Assembly: GCA_045579745.1 (NCBI GenBank)
Contig: JAZNMQ010000072.1
Span: 10,358-74,357 of the forward strand
Length of the DNA: 64,000 bases
Source: Candidatus Flemingiibacterium sp.
GTDB lineage: Bacteria; Bacillota; Clostridia; Oscillospirales; CAG-272
Direction: 5' to 3'
A program made the position numbers and the translations under genes. Below the pieces are notes generated by a model. The model worked only from the letters and a program-made list of their open reading frames with translations. It searched no databases and was not told the origin of the DNA. Positions 45,106 through 55,767 of the stretch are shown one piece after another (position 1 is the stretch's first letter; every line of letters starts with the position of its first letter).

Positions 45106-46239
45106 TTACAGCAAGAAATTGAGTATCAGACCGCCTGCGATAACAGATGCGACCTGACCTGAAACGTTAACACCGATGGACTGCATAAGAAGGAAGTTCT
45201 GAGGGTCTTCCTTGAGTCCCATCTTGTGAACGATGCGACCTGACATCGGGAATGCAGAGATACCTGCCGCACCGATCATCGGGTTGATTTTTTCCTTTAG
45301 GAAAAGATTCAGGACCTTTGCGAAAATTACTCCGCCTGCGGTGTCGAAAACGAATGCGAAAAGACCGAGTCCGAGGATGAGCAGAGTATCAACCTTTAAG
45401 AACTGCTCAGCCTGCATCTGTGATGCAATTGTGATGCCGAGGAAGATCGTGATAAGGTTTGCAAGCACCTTCTGAGCGGTTTCAGAGAGTGAGTCGAGCA
45501 CTCCGCACTCGCGAATAAGGTTTCCGAACATCAGGAAGCCTACGAGTGAAACCGACGAGGGAGCTACACAGCCCGTTACAACGGTTATGATGATCGGGAA
45601 GAGAATGCGCGTTGTTTTGGAAACCGAGGAAGGCTTATACGGCATGCGGATCAGACGCTCCTCCTTAGTGGTGAGAAGCTTGATTACAGGGGGCTGAATG
45701 ATCGGAACCAAAGCCATGTACGAATACGCGGCTACCATGATCGCACCGACATACTGAGAATTGAGCTTTTGCGAAACTACGATAGCAGTAGGTCCGTCAG
45801 CAGCACCGATGATACCGATCGAAGCCGCATCATTGAGCGGGAAGAATATCGAAGCAAGGCAGAGTGTGAAGAAAATTCCGAACTGTGCCGCCGCACCGAA
45901 TATCATAAGCTTAGGATTTGAGAGAATCGGTCCGAAGTCGATCATTGCTCCGATGCCGATAAATAGTATTAACGGGAAAAGCTCGTTTGCAATTCCTGCG
46001 TCGTAAAGAACGCTGAGTGCGCCGTGCTCGGGAACGAGCTCGCCCACAGAGTTTTCAATCATCTGAGTGATTGCGCCCGAAGCCGGGATATTGACCATGA
46101 TTGCGCCGAATCCAATTGGGAGAAGCAGAGTAGGCTCCATCTCCTTTTTGATGGCGAGGAAGATGAGAACTCCGCCGATAATCCACATTACGACCTGCTG
46201 CCAGGTCAGGGCGAAGAGGTTTTGATATAATGCTTCCAT
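45106..46239 (-). CDS. Na+-translocating decarboxylase beta subunit (OadB/GcdB/MmdB)
   Basis: MEP.LLLPIGFG, LFPLILFIGIGAMIDFGP, IGIIGAADGPT, AYSYMALVPIIQPP, IGAAGISAFPMSGR, NVSGQ; RBS GAAAGGG before ATG 46239. Confidence 0.93.
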   Translation of the reverse strand: MEALYQNLFALTWQQVVMWIIGGVLIFLAIKKEMEPTLLLPIGFGAIMVNIPASGAITQMIENSVGELVPEHGALSVLYDAGIANELFPLILFIGIGAMIDFGPILSNPKLMIFGAAAQFGIFFTLCLASIFFPLNDAASIGIIGAADGPTAIVVSQKLNSQYVGAIMVAAYSYMALVPIIQPPVIKLLTTKEERLIRMPYKPSSVSKTTRILFPIIITVVTGCVAPSSVSLVGFLMFGNLIRECGVLDSLSETAQKVLANLITIFLGITIASQMQAEQFLKVDTLLILGLGLFAFVFDTAGGVIFAKVLNLFLKEKINPMIGAAGISAFPMSGRIVHKMGLKEDPQNFLLMQSIGVNVSGQVASVIAGGLILNFLL

Positions 46240-46530
46240 AATGACCCTTTCTGATAAATTATTCCACTTGATGTCGTTCATCCTTGTGGTAAAGTACTAT
46301 ATTATTATATACCAAATGCTCATTCATTGCAAGCAAAACCGACATTTATTTTTACAGCTTTGATATTTTCGTACAATATATATAATCGCTTGCCAAATAC
46401 GGCAACTTAAGAAAAAAACGGCATTACTGCTGAACTTTTTGATGATTTTTCAAAAAAATGCGATTGTTTAGATTGACACATGTTTGCATGTGTGATACAA
46501 TAAGAAAAAATGCAAAAAGGAGAATATGTT

Positions 46531-47217
46531 ATGTGGAACGGAAAAATGAAAGCTTTGACCTTCAGCTATGACGACGGAGTTGTCGAGGACAAAAGACTTG
46601 CCGAAATTTTTGACAGATACGGCATGAAATGCACCTTTAATCTTAATTCGGGACTCTTCACAACTCGCGATAATCCCGGAGGACATTGGACATATAAGAA
46701 GGCAGAGGTTTACAGACTGCCCATTGAAGAGATGCTTGACGTTTACAAGAATCATGAGATCGCAGTTCACTCCTCAACTCATCCGCATCTCGAAAAACTC
46801 TCCCGCGAGGATTGCTCCAAGCAGATCTCGGACGATATTGCAAAGCTTACCGATATATTTGGCGTCAGACCTGTCGGAATGGCGTATCCGTACGGAACGT
46901 ATAACGATATGGTCGTTGAGGTTCTTGCTGAGCAGGGCATCAGGTATTCGCGTACAGTAGCGTCGACAAATAATTTTGAGCTTCAGACCGATTTGCTCAG
47001 ATTCAATCCGACCTGCCACCACAACGCAGGCAATTTAATGGAGCTTGCTAAGCGATTTGTCGAGATGGAAACCGACAAGCCGCAGCTCTTCTATCTGTGG
47101 GGACACAGCTACGAGTTCGACGGCGAGGATAATTGGGAGGTAATCGAGCGCTTCTGCGAATATATGGCAGGACGTGACGATATCTTCTACGGCAATAATA
47201 CTGAAGTACTGCTTTGA
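46531..47217 (+). CDS. Polysaccharide deacetylase (CE4/NodB-like), cytoplasmic
   Basis: TFSYDDG, TFNLNSG, HEIAVHSSTHPHL, AYPYG, YLWGHSYEFD; RBS AAGGAG. Confidence 0.85.
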   Translation: MWNGKMKALTFSYDDGVVEDKRLAEIFDRYGMKCTFNLNSGLFTTRDNPGGHWTYKKAEVYRLPIEEMLDVYKNHEIAVHSSTHPHLEKLSREDCSKQISDDIAKLTDIFGVRPVGMAYPYGTYNDMVVEVLAEQGIRYSRTVASTNNFELQTDLLRFNPTCHHNAGNLMELAKRFVEMETDKPQLFYLWGHSYEFDGEDNWEVIERFCEYMAGRDDIFYGNNTEVLL

Positions 47218-47224
47218 TCTTACA

Positions 47225-47258
47225 AACGCGCTGCGATAAAAGAAAATCGCAGCGCGTT
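47225..47258 (+). terminator. Terminator-like hairpin
   Basis: AACGCGCTGCGAT/ATCGCAGCGCGTT perfect 13-bp stem. Confidence 0.7.
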
Positions 47259-47324
47259 ATCACTTTTAGGGGTAGGAGTGCGCACGGATTCATAAATTGT
47301 TAACATAAAATATATTAATTCGCC

Positions 47325-47353
47325 TTGAATTTACCTCTGAAAAGAGGTATACT
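47325..47353 (+). promoter_or_regulatory. sigmaA promoter of the hrcA operon
   Basis: TTGAAT-N17-TATACT immediately upstream of CIRCE. Confidence 0.75.
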
Positions 47354-47364
47354 GTATACAGACG

Positions 47365-47391
47365 TTAGCACTTGATGCGTCAGAGTGCTAA
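47365..47391. promoter_or_regulatory. CIRCE operator (HrcA binding site)
   Basis: TTAGCACTT-N9-GAGTGCTAA versus consensus TTAGCACTC-N9-GAGTGCTAA. Confidence 0.95.
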
Positions 47392-47409
47392 AAACAAGGA
47401 GGGAGAAGC

Positions 47410-48480
47410 GTGTCGAGTTCGAAAAAAGAATTGACTGAACGAAAAAAAGCGATACTTAAAGCGATTATAGATACGCATATCAACCTCGGCGAACCGGTAG
47501 GTTCAAAATATTTAACTCAGTATAAGCAGATAGCCTTTTCGTCTGCCACGATAAGAAACGAAATGTCAGAGCTTGAGGAGATGGGGTATCTCGAACAGCC
47601 TCACACATCCTCGGGACGCATCCCGTCTGAGCTCGGATATCGCTTTTATGTCGACCAGCTCATGCAGCAATATCGCATGACGCAGGCAGAGCTCGGGGAG
47701 CTTGACAAGCTCATGTCCCTCAAAACGGCGGAGCTTAATCGCATACTTGATCGGGCGACGAAGCTTATGAGTATGCTGACAAACTATACGGGCGTTGCCT
47801 TGAAGCGCGCTTCGGGACATCAGACCATAGCAAGATTTGATATCATGTATCTTTCGCCGCGAAGCTTCATACTTGTCATGCTGACATCGGCGGGCAATGT
47901 AAAAACGAAGCAGGTGCGGCTCGGCTTTGATGTCAACCGCGAAACGCTTGAGCGGCTGTCGATAGTTCTTAACGACTGTATCGCCGGACTCGAAATGGAC
48001 AGAATAACACTTCCCGTAATGCTTGATATGCAGAATCGCGTTCCGGGCGGTGAACATCTTATCAATCCGATAATCCGCGCGGTATATGAAACGGTTAACG
48101 ATGCAGACGACAGCGAGCTGATGTTTGACGGAGTTAATAACCTATTAAACTACCCCGAATATTCGGATATCGACAAGGTTCGCGACATGCTCGGGCTTTT
48201 CGATAGGCAGGATGATCTGCGCGAGGTGCTCAGCACCGACGGAGGCGACAGAACGACAATCTATATCGGCTCGGAAAATGCGGTCGAGGTGATGAATAAT
48301 TCCTCGCTGATATTCCGAACGGTAAAATCGGGCGATAATGTTATCGGTGCGATAGGCGTAATCGGTCCGAGGCGAATGGATTATTCAAAGGTCGTCACGC
48401 TCGTGGATCAGATGTCAAGCTACATCGGACGCCTGATGTACCCGGACGAATTGCCGCCGGGTGAAAATACGGAGGAATAA
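47410..48480 (+). CDS. hrcA: Heat-inducible transcription repressor
   Basis: EPVGSK, SSATIRNEMSELEEMGYLEQPHTSSGRIPS..GYRFYVD, GVIGPRRMDY. Confidence 0.97.
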   Translation: MSSSKKELTERKKAILKAIIDTHINLGEPVGSKYLTQYKQIAFSSATIRNEMSELEEMGYLEQPHTSSGRIPSELGYRFYVDQLMQQYRMTQAELGELDKLMSLKTAELNRILDRATKLMSMLTNYTGVALKRASGHQTIARFDIMYLSPRSFILVMLTSAGNVKTKQVRLGFDVNRETLERLSIVLNDCIAGLEMDRITLPVMLDMQNRVPGGEHLINPIIRAVYETVNDADDSELMFDGVNNLLNYPEYSDIDKVRDMLGLFDRQDDLREVLSTDGGDRTTIYIGSENAVEVMNNSSLIFRTVKSGDNVIGAIGVIGPRRMDYSKVVTLVDQMSSYIGRLMYPDELPPGENTEE

Positions 48481-48481
48481 A

Positions 48482-49069
48482 ATGACAGAAGATATTAAAA
48501 AGGAAGAAATGGTCGAAAACGCCGAGAATACAATCACAGATGAGGCGGATGCGGCTCCCAAAAAGGAGAAAAAATCCGAAAAGGCTCTGAAGGATGAAAA
48601 CAAAAAGCTGACCGCAGGCTTAAAGGAAGCCGAGGATGCTCTCAAAAAAACGACTGAGGAGCTTGCACAGACAAACGACAAATATCTTCGCATCGCGGCT
48701 GAGTATGACAACTTCCGCAGAAGAGTTGCAAAGGAGCGCGAGGGGATTTATTCCGATGCTTATGCGGATGCGCTTTCGGCGCTGCTTCCGATACTCGACA
48801 ATCTCGAGCGCGCAGCGGCTTACAGCGACGGCGCACAGCTGACCGAGGGAATCAAGCTCATCTTCAAGAGCGCAAAGGAGTCATTCGACAAGCTTGGTGT
48901 TACCGAATACGGTGCGGCAGGCGATAAATTCGATCCTCAGATCCACAATGCGATGATGCACATTGAGGACGAATCCTTTGGAGAAAACGAGATTACCGAG
49001 GTTTTCCAAAAGGGCTACAAAAAAGGCGATAAGATCATTCGCGAGGCACTTGTCAAGGTTGCCAATTGA
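48482..49069 (+). CDS. grpE: Nucleotide exchange factor GrpE
   Basis: AEYDNFRRR, LLPILDNLERA, FDPQIHNA, QKGY, IREALVKVA. Confidence 0.97.
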   Translation: MTEDIKKEEMVENAENTITDEADAAPKKEKKSEKALKDENKKLTAGLKEAEDALKKTTEELAQTNDKYLRIAAEYDNFRRRVAKEREGIYSDAYADALSALLPILDNLERAAAYSDGAQLTEGIKLIFKSAKESFDKLGVTEYGAAGDKFDPQIHNAMMHIEDESFGENEITEVFQKGYKKGDKIIREALVKVAN

Positions 49070-49137
49070 TTGTCTTTGACAGCAAGTTCATGCTTGAATA
49101 TTAAAAATATACATTATCTTTTAGGAGGATATATAAA

Positions 49138-50976
49138 ATGGGAAAGATTATTGGTATAGATTTGGGTACCACAAACTCATGCGTTGCAGTATTTGAGGGC
49201 GGCGAGCCTGCGGTAATTCCGAATCCCGAGGGTGCGAGAACAACACCTTCCGTTGTAGCGTTTTCGAAATCCGGCGAAAGAATGGTAGGTCAGGTCGCTA
49301 AGCGTCAGGCTATCACCAATCCCGACCGCACAGTAGCTTCTATCAAGCGTCATATGGGTAGTGACTACAAGGTTGCTATCGATGATAAGAATTACACTCC
49401 TCAGGAGTTTTCCGCGATGATTCTTCAGAAGCTCAAGGCTGATGCTGAGGCTTATCTCGGAACAACGATCACCGAGGCTGTTATCACAGTTCCCGCATAT
49501 TTCACAGACTCTCAGCGTCAGGCTACAAAGGACGCAGGTAAAATCGCAGGACTTGATGTTAAGAGAATCATTAACGAGCCTACTGCGGCAGCTCTTGCTT
49601 ACGGCGTTGACAAGGATGCAAAGGAGCAGAAGATCATGGTATTCGACCTTGGCGGCGGTACCTTCGACGTTTCGCTTCTCGAAATCTCCGACGGCGTATT
49701 CGAGGTTCTTGCTACAAACGGCGATACTCACCTTGGCGGTGACGACTTCGACCAGAGAGTAATCGACTGGATCGCTGAGGAATTCATGCGCGAAAACGGC
49801 GGCATTGACCTCCGCAAGGATAAAATGGCGCTTCAAAGACTCAAGGAAGCGGCTGAAAAGGCTAAAATCGAGCTTTCGGGCGTAGCTTCCTCCAATATCA
49901 ATCTTCCGTTTATTACTGCTGATGCTACAGGACCTAAGCACTTCGATGCAACTCTTACAAGAGCAAAGTTTAACGAGATCACAGCAGACCTTGTTGAGCG
50001 CACAATGATTCCGACAAAGAAGGCTCTTTCCGACGCAGGCCTCAGCGTAGGTCAGGTCGATAAGGTTCTCCTCGTCGGCGGTTCGACAAGAATCCCCGCT
50101 GTTCAGGAAGCTGTTAAGAGCTTCATCGGAAAGGAACCCTTCAAGGGCATCAACCCCGATGAGTGCGTAGCAATCGGCGCGGCTATTCAGGGCGGCGTGC
50201 TCGGCGGAGATGTTAAGGACCTTCTCCTTCTCGATGTTACACCTCTGTCACTCGGTATCGAAACTCTCGGTGGCGTGTTCAACAGAATCATCGACAGAAA
50301 CACTACCATCCCCGTTAAGAAGAGCCAGGTTTATTCAACTGCGGCTGATGGTCAGACCTCCGTTGAAATTCACGTTCTCCAGGGTGAGCGTGACATGGCG
50401 GCAGGCAACACAACCCTCGGACGCTTCAGCCTTGACGGCATTGCTCCCGCTCCGAGAGGCGTTCCTCAGATCGAGGTAACATTTGATATCGACGCTAACG
50501 GTATCGTTAATGTAACCGCTAAGGATAAGGGTACAGGCAAGGAACAGCACATTACTATCACATCGTCCACGAATATGTCGCAGGAAGATATTGACCGCGC
50601 GGTTAAGGATGCTGAAAAGTTCGCTGAGGAAGATAAAAAGCAGAAGGAAGCTGTTGAAGTCAAGAATCAGGCTGAAAATATGATCTTCCAATCTGAAAAG
50701 ACTCTTGGCGAAATCGGCGACAAAATTTCCGAGGATGAAAAGGCTCCCGTTAAGGCGGCTATTGAAAAGCTCAAGGAAACCGTTAAGACCGGCGATACTG
50801 CCGCAATCAAGGCTGACACCGAAGCGCTTCAGCAGGCTTTCTACGCAATCTCTGAGAAGCTTTACAAACAGCAGGGCGGAGCTCAGGCAGGTCCTGACAT
50901 GGGTGCAAATGACGGCTCGGCTCAGTCCGGTGACACCTTCTACAACGCAGATTTCGAAGACAAGACTGATAAATAA
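49138..50976 (+). CDS. dnaK: Chaperone DnaK
   Basis: [46 protein letters not shown]. Confidence 0.99.
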   Translation: MGKIIGIDLGTTNSCVAVFEGGEPAVIPNPEGARTTPSVVAFSKSGERMVGQVAKRQAITNPDRTVASIKRHMGSDYKVAIDDKNYTPQEFSAMILQKLKADAEAYLGTTITEAVITVPAYFTDSQRQATKDAGKIAGLDVKRIINEPTAAALAYGVDKDAKEQKIMVFDLGGGTFDVSLLEISDGVFEVLATNGDTHLGGDDFDQRVIDWIAEEFMRENGGIDLRKDKMALQRLKEAAEKAKIELSGVASSNINLPFITADATGPKHFDATLTRAKFNEITADLVERTMIPTKKALSDAGLSVGQVDKVLLVGGSTRIPAVQEAVKSFIGKEPFKGINPDECVAIGAAIQGGVLGGDVKDLLLLDVTPLSLGIETLGGVFNRIIDRNTTIPVKKSQVYSTAADGQTSVEIHVLQGERDMAAGNTTLGRFSLDGIAPAPRGVPQIEVTFDIDANGIVNVTAKDKGTGKEQHITITSSTNMSQEDIDRAVKDAEKFAEEDKKQKEAVEVKNQAENMIFQSEKTLGEIGDKISEDEKAPVKAAIEKLKETVKTGDTAAIKADTEALQQAFYAISEKLYKQQGGAQAGPDMGANDGSAQSGDTFYNADFEDKTDK

Positions 50977-50985
50977 CAAAAAATC

Positions 50986-51021
50986 AAGGGAGCTGTTGCA
51001 CCTAAGTGTAGCAGCTCCCAT
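50986..51021. repeat. GAGCTGTTGCAC palindrome family copy; bidirectional terminator between dnaK and the SGNH gene
   Basis: AAGGGAGCTGTTGCACCTAAGTGTAGCAGCTCCCAT is nearly the reverse complement of 21181-21215. Confidence 0.8.
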
Positions 51022-51058
51022 ATGGCGGAGGTGTTGCTGTTTGCAACACCTCTCGTTT

Positions 51059-51673
51059 TTATATAAGGTTCAGGGATTTGAACGCGTCGAGATAGTGCTC
51101 TGCGATAAGCTTTGCACCCTTTGCTGTCGGGTGAACTCCGTCTGCCGCAAATTCTGTGGCAGGCTCACGGACAGACGCTGCCGCGAATATTCCATCGAGC
51201 GGAACGAATACGTCTGCATATTCACGAGCGAGCTTGCGCGTGATCTGAATCTTCGGGTCGAGGTCGACATGGAAGAACATTTTGTCCTCAACGGGGAGCA
51301 GGAACTGCTCTAAAATGATGATTTTAGCATTGGTTTCCTTCTTGATGCGCTCGAGTATGCCGCGATAGCATTCTTCGAAATAATCGTGAGGCATCCAGTC
51401 GCGATTCGGAGCACGGTGCCACGTGTCGTTGATTCCGATGAGGATAGAGATCACATCGGGTTGAATTTCGATTGCATCGGAAGTCCAGCGGTCGCGAAGG
51501 TCCTCAGCCTTGTTGCCGCTGATTCCGAGGTCGACGAACTCAAACTCGGCTTCGGGGAATGCGTTTTTTATTAACTCGGCAGAGTAAAGCGGATAACCGT
51601 AACCGAGGTTGTGAATGTCACTGCGGTCGCGTCCCGCGTCAGTGATGCTGTCGCCTTGAAACAGAATTTTCAT
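51059..51673 (-). CDS. SGNH/GDSL hydrolase (esterase)
   Basis: GDSITD, GISG, LIGINDTW, DGVHP. Confidence 0.92.
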   Translation of the reverse strand: MKILFQGDSITDAGRDRSDIHNLGYGYPLYSAELIKNAFPEAEFEFVDLGISGNKAEDLRDRWTSDAIEIQPDVISILIGINDTWHRAPNRDWMPHDYFEECYRGILERIKKETNAKIIILEQFLLPVEDKMFFHVDLDPKIQITRKLAREYADVFVPLDGIFAAASVREPATEFAADGVHPTAKGAKLIAEHYLDAFKSLNLI

Positions 51674-51873
51674 TTTGAGATCTCCTTGTTATTTGTTTTT
51701 CTAAATTATACAATAAAAAAAGATCTGTGTCAATAAATCGTGCAATTGTTATTGAAAAGTCTTAATATTTACAAAAAGTTGTTTATTTTTCTTTCAAAAT
51801 ATAGTATAATTAATTGTTACGCTACTACGCGATATTATATTACTGATAAATCATTTATTTATAGAGGATAATT

Positions 51874-53010
51874 ATGGCAGATAAACGTGATTATTATGAA
51901 GTGCTCGGACTTGATAAATCCGCAAGTGAATCGGAAATCAAGAAAGCATACCGTTCGCTTGCAAAAAAATATCATCCGGACGTAAATCCGGGAAATGAGG
52001 AAGCGGAGAGAAACTTCAAAGAGGTCAACGAGGCTTACGCGGTTCTCTCGGATGCTGATAAAAAGGCAAAATATGACCAATACGGCTTTGCCGGCGTTGA
52101 TCCGCAGGCAGGTGGCTTCGGCGGCTTTGGCGGAGGCTTCGGAGGATTCGATTCAAGCGATATCTTCGGCGATATTTTCTCGAGCTTCTTCGGTGGCTCA
52201 TCACAGAGTCAGGCTCGCCGTAACGGGCCGATGCGCGGCGGAGATATTATTCAGCGCGTAACCATTTCCTTTGAGGAAGCGGCGTTCGGCTGTAAAAAGG
52301 AGATCAGCTTCGGCAGAGTTGAAAAGTGCTCAGAATGCGATGGCTCTGGAGCTAAAAAGGGAACAACTGTCGAAACCTGTCCTACCTGTCACGGAACGGG
52401 TCAGGTTCGCGTTCAGCAGCGCACTATGATGGGCGTTTTTCAGACTTCTCACGTATGCGACGACTGCGGCGGTACGGGTAAAAAAATCAAGGAGCCTTGT
52501 ACAAACTGCCGCGGAAAGGGCTATGTAAAGCTTACTAAAAAGCTCGAGGTCAATATTCCTGCAGGTATTGACGATGGACAGAAGGTGGCGATCCGTACTC
52601 AGGGCGATGCAGGCAGAAACGGCGGCCCCTCAGGCGACCTTATAATTGCGGTCAGCGTTCGTCCTCACCACATTTTCGAGCGCGAGGGCTACAACATCTA
52701 TTGTGAGGTTCCGATCACCTTTGCAGAGGCGGCGCTTGGCGCGGTAATTGAAATACCGACGCTTGAGGGCAAGGAGAATTACACAATACCCGAGGGCACT
52801 CAGCACGGCAAGCAGTTTACAATCAAGGGCAAGGGTATACCCTATGTCAACAGCTCCAATCGCGGTGATCTCATCTTCGCTGTTTCGATTGAAACTCCGC
52901 GCGGACTTTCCGAGTCGCAGAAGAGCTTGCTTCGTCAGTTTGCCGATAGCCTCGGTGAGAAGAACAACACCAAAAAGAGCGGATTTATAAAGAAAATATT
53001 CAATAAGTAA
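51874..53010 (+). CDS. dnaJ: Chaperone DnaJ
   Basis: J domain with HPD, G/F-rich region, four CxxCxGxG repeats. Confidence 0.98.
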   Translation: MADKRDYYEVLGLDKSASESEIKKAYRSLAKKYHPDVNPGNEEAERNFKEVNEAYAVLSDADKKAKYDQYGFAGVDPQAGGFGGFGGGFGGFDSSDIFGDIFSSFFGGSSQSQARRNGPMRGGDIIQRVTISFEEAAFGCKKEISFGRVEKCSECDGSGAKKGTTVETCPTCHGTGQVRVQQRTMMGVFQTSHVCDDCGGTGKKIKEPCTNCRGKGYVKLTKKLEVNIPAGIDDGQKVAIRTQGDAGRNGGPSGDLIIAVSVRPHHIFEREGYNIYCEVPITFAEAALGAVIEIPTLEGKENYTIPEGTQHGKQFTIKGKGIPYVNSSNRGDLIFAVSIETPRGLSESQKSLLRQFADSLGEKNNTKKSGFIKKIFNK

Positions 53011-53024
53011 TATAGGAGTCACAA

Positions 53025-53945
53025 ATGAACTGGACACAGCTTCGTGTAAATGTCGCAACAGGTGACATTGAGCGCACAGCCGCAATAATGAGCATGCTTG
53101 ACAACGGCATACTTATCGAGGATTACAGCGATATCGAGGACGGCTTAAAGACTGTCTACGGAGATCTTATCGACGAAACTATTCTGAATGCCGATAAATC
53201 TCACGGAGCGGTATCGATTTACATTCCCGATGATAAAAACTACAACGATTATATTGCATTCCTGAAGGACCGTTTTGCAGCGGAAAATATCGATGCAAGG
53301 CTTGAGCTCATCGGAGTGGATGAGGAAGAATGGTCAACCGCTTGGAAGAAGTACTATCACCCGATCAGAGTAGGCGAGCGTCTTGTTGTAGTTCCAATGT
53401 GGGAAAAATACGACGCGTTGGAAAATGATATAATTGTAAAAATGGACCCCGGAATGGCGTTTGGAACCGGCACTCACGAAACTACACGCCTTGTATGCGG
53501 TCTTATCGAAAAATATCTTGTTCCCGGTCAGCGCATGCTCGATGTCGGAACGGGAAGCGGTATTCTCGCTATCTGTGCGTCAAAGCTTGGTGCGGGCGAG
53601 TGCTTTGCATACGATATCGATCCGGTTGCTGTACGGGTTGCCGAGGAAAACTGCAAGGACAACGAGGTCACAAATATCACCTGCGGAGTTTCCGACCTGC
53701 TTGCAAGCGTTGATACAACGGGCGGACTGTATGATTTTGCGGTTGCAAATATCGTTGCGGACATAATCATTCGTATGGCTCCCGATATCGGAGCGTATCT
53801 GAAAACGGGTGCGTATCTCATAACCTCGGGCATTATCGAGCGCTATGCAGATGATGTTAAGGCTGCAATGACCGCGAGCGGATTCACGCTTGTCGAATCG
53901 GCGATGGAGAGTGATTGGGTCGCGATGGTTTACAAAAAGGCGTAA
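53025..53945 (+). CDS. prmA: Ribosomal protein L11 methyltransferase
   Basis: WKKYY, DPGMAFGTGTHETT, LDVGTGSGILAI, VANI.A, ITSGII. Confidence 0.95.
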   Translation: MNWTQLRVNVATGDIERTAAIMSMLDNGILIEDYSDIEDGLKTVYGDLIDETILNADKSHGAVSIYIPDDKNYNDYIAFLKDRFAAENIDARLELIGVDEEEWSTAWKKYYHPIRVGERLVVVPMWEKYDALENDIIVKMDPGMAFGTGTHETTRLVCGLIEKYLVPGQRMLDVGTGSGILAICASKLGAGECFAYDIDPVAVRVAEENCKDNEVTNITCGVSDLLASVDTTGGLYDFAVANIVADIIIRMAPDIGAYLKTGAYLITSGIIERYADDVKAAMTASGFTLVESAMESDWVAMVYKKA

Positions 53946-54000
53946 ATCGAAAAAAATAATAAAAAATTTGAAAAAACTTCGACTTTTTTTGCAATATTAT

Positions 54001-54029
54001 TTGACAAAATGCCGAAGATATAGTATAAT
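54001..54029 (+). promoter_or_regulatory. sigmaA promoter of rsmE
   Basis: TTGACA-N17-TATAAT. Confidence 0.85.
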
Positions 54030-54091
54030 ATAATAAATTGGTCGGGCAAAGTTTGTATACAGCCCACAAAACTATCATTATCGAGGTCAGA

Positions 54092-54844
54092 ATGCCGCGC
54101 TTCTTTTTGTCTGCCGCAAATATCAGGGACGGTGTTGTTACCATAACGGGCGATGATGCCGCGCACATTTCACGCTCGCTTCGCATGAAGCCCGGAGAGC
54201 ACATTACAGTTTGTGATATGCAGAAAATCGAGTACGATTGTGAGATTTGCGAGTTTACCCACGATACGGTCGTGGCGAGGGTAATTTCATCAATGCCCAC
54301 CGCAAGTGAACCGCCGTATGTCGTGCGAGTGTTTCAGGCTTTGCCGAAATCGGACAAGCTTGATATAATTATCCAAAAGGCGGTTGAATCGGGAGCGTCT
54401 GAAATTGTTCCGTTCGAATCCGAACGCACGATTGTAAGGATCGACAGTGACCCCAAAAAAGAGCAAAAAAAGCTTGAACGCCGTGCGCGTATAGCGCTTG
54501 AAGCCGCAAAGCAGTGCGGTCGCGGAATAATCCCGAATGTGAAATCGCCGATTTCATTCAAGAATATGCTTGTTGAAGCCGCAAAAAGCGAGCTTGCGCT
54601 GTTTTTCTATGAGGGCGATGGCACGATACCTTTACCAAAGCTGATTAACGAGCGTTATCCTGACGGATTGACGCCGAAATCGATATCTGTCGTTATCGGT
54701 TCGGAGGGCGGATTTTCGCTCTCGGAGGTCGAAGCGGCAAAATCGGCAGGACTTGTTTCTGTCGGGCTCGGAAGCCGAATCCTTCGCTGTGAAACCGCTT
54801 CGGGATTCGCATTGGCATGCCTTTCATACGCGTTCGAGCTCTAA
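54092..54844 (+). CDS. rsmE: 16S rRNA m3U1498 methyltransferase
   Basis: MPRFF, HI.RSLRMK.G, QKAVESG, AAKQCGR, IGSEGGFS, LGSRILRCETA. Confidence 0.95.
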   Translation: MPRFFLSAANIRDGVVTITGDDAAHISRSLRMKPGEHITVCDMQKIEYDCEICEFTHDTVVARVISSMPTASEPPYVVRVFQALPKSDKLDIIIQKAVESGASEIVPFESERTIVRIDSDPKKEQKKLERRARIALEAAKQCGRGIIPNVKSPISFKNMLVEAAKSELALFFYEGDGTIPLPKLINERYPDGLTPKSISVVIGSEGGFSLSEVEAAKSAGLVSVGLGSRILRCETASGFALACLSYAFEL

Positions 54845-54870
54845 CCCAAATTCGTAATATGGAGATGAAA

Positions 54871-55662
54871 ATGTTGAGTCAAAATCTTAATAAGCAAAAG
54901 GCGAAAAAACAGCTCGCCGAACAGAAACAGAACGATTTCGTTCTTAATAAGCTGATGCTGTTTTTTGTTGTTGCGGTTGTCGGAATCTTTGGCACGCTTT
55001 TCGCTGCACGCAATCTCAGAGCTGAAGCGTTTTTCTATGTCAACGTATTCCCGATAGTTCTTATTTTATCAGCAATCGCTTTTGTCGGTGCGGTGGTTTA
55101 TTTTGCTATCCAGCGTGGACGCCGAATCGATGAGAGCGCAAAGGTTATAACAAGCAGCAACCTGCTCGGTACGGCCGCGGTTTTGCTTTCGGCTTGCATT
55201 TACTACAATTTTGGCGGTGCTGCAAAGCATATCGTCGTTTATTTCATCGCTGCAACCGTTCTTTACTTTGTTTATAATATTTTTCATAAGGATTTCTTCA
55301 TTTGCTCGATTATTGCTGCGATAGAGATGATTCTTATTAAGTTTTCATCGGTTAACGCAAGCACAACCGTCGGCAAGCTGTTGGCGTCTGTTTCAATGGC
55401 GCTTGCAATCGTAATTCCTTTGCTTGGCTTTGTTTTCGCGATTATGCTTCACCTTAACAAGGGTACGCTTCCTTTTGGAAAGTCGAAAATTGAACTTATC
55501 GGCAAGGACGACCGTTTGTATCCCATTTTCGTAATTTGTGCCGTTTCGATCGTTGGTGCAATTCTCACCATTGTGACATCGGCTGCTGCTATATATTCAT
55601 TGGTTGCACTTCTTGCTGTTTATTTGGCTGTTGCAGTTGCATACACAGTGCGAATGATGTAA
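54871..55662 (+). CDS. Hypothetical multi-pass membrane protein
   Basis: About 8 hydrophobic segments; RBS GGAG before ATG 54871; no family recognised. Confidence 0.7.
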   Translation: MLSQNLNKQKAKKQLAEQKQNDFVLNKLMLFFVVAVVGIFGTLFAARNLRAEAFFYVNVFPIVLILSAIAFVGAVVYFAIQRGRRIDESAKVITSSNLLGTAAVLLSACIYYNFGGAAKHIVVYFIAATVLYFVYNIFHKDFFICSIIAAIEMILIKFSSVNASTTVGKLLASVSMALAIVIPLLGFVFAIMLHLNKGTLPFGKSKIELIGKDDRLYPIFVICAVSIVGAILTIVTSAAAIYSLVALLAVYLAVAVAYTVRMM

Positions 55663-55767
55663 ATGTTCAGGTGATGTATCCTGAAGGCTTTTAAAAATCA
55701 AATCTGAGTGTAAAATATAGTATTAAATATACATAAAACATTATATAATGTTGAAAGGAGTCGCCAC

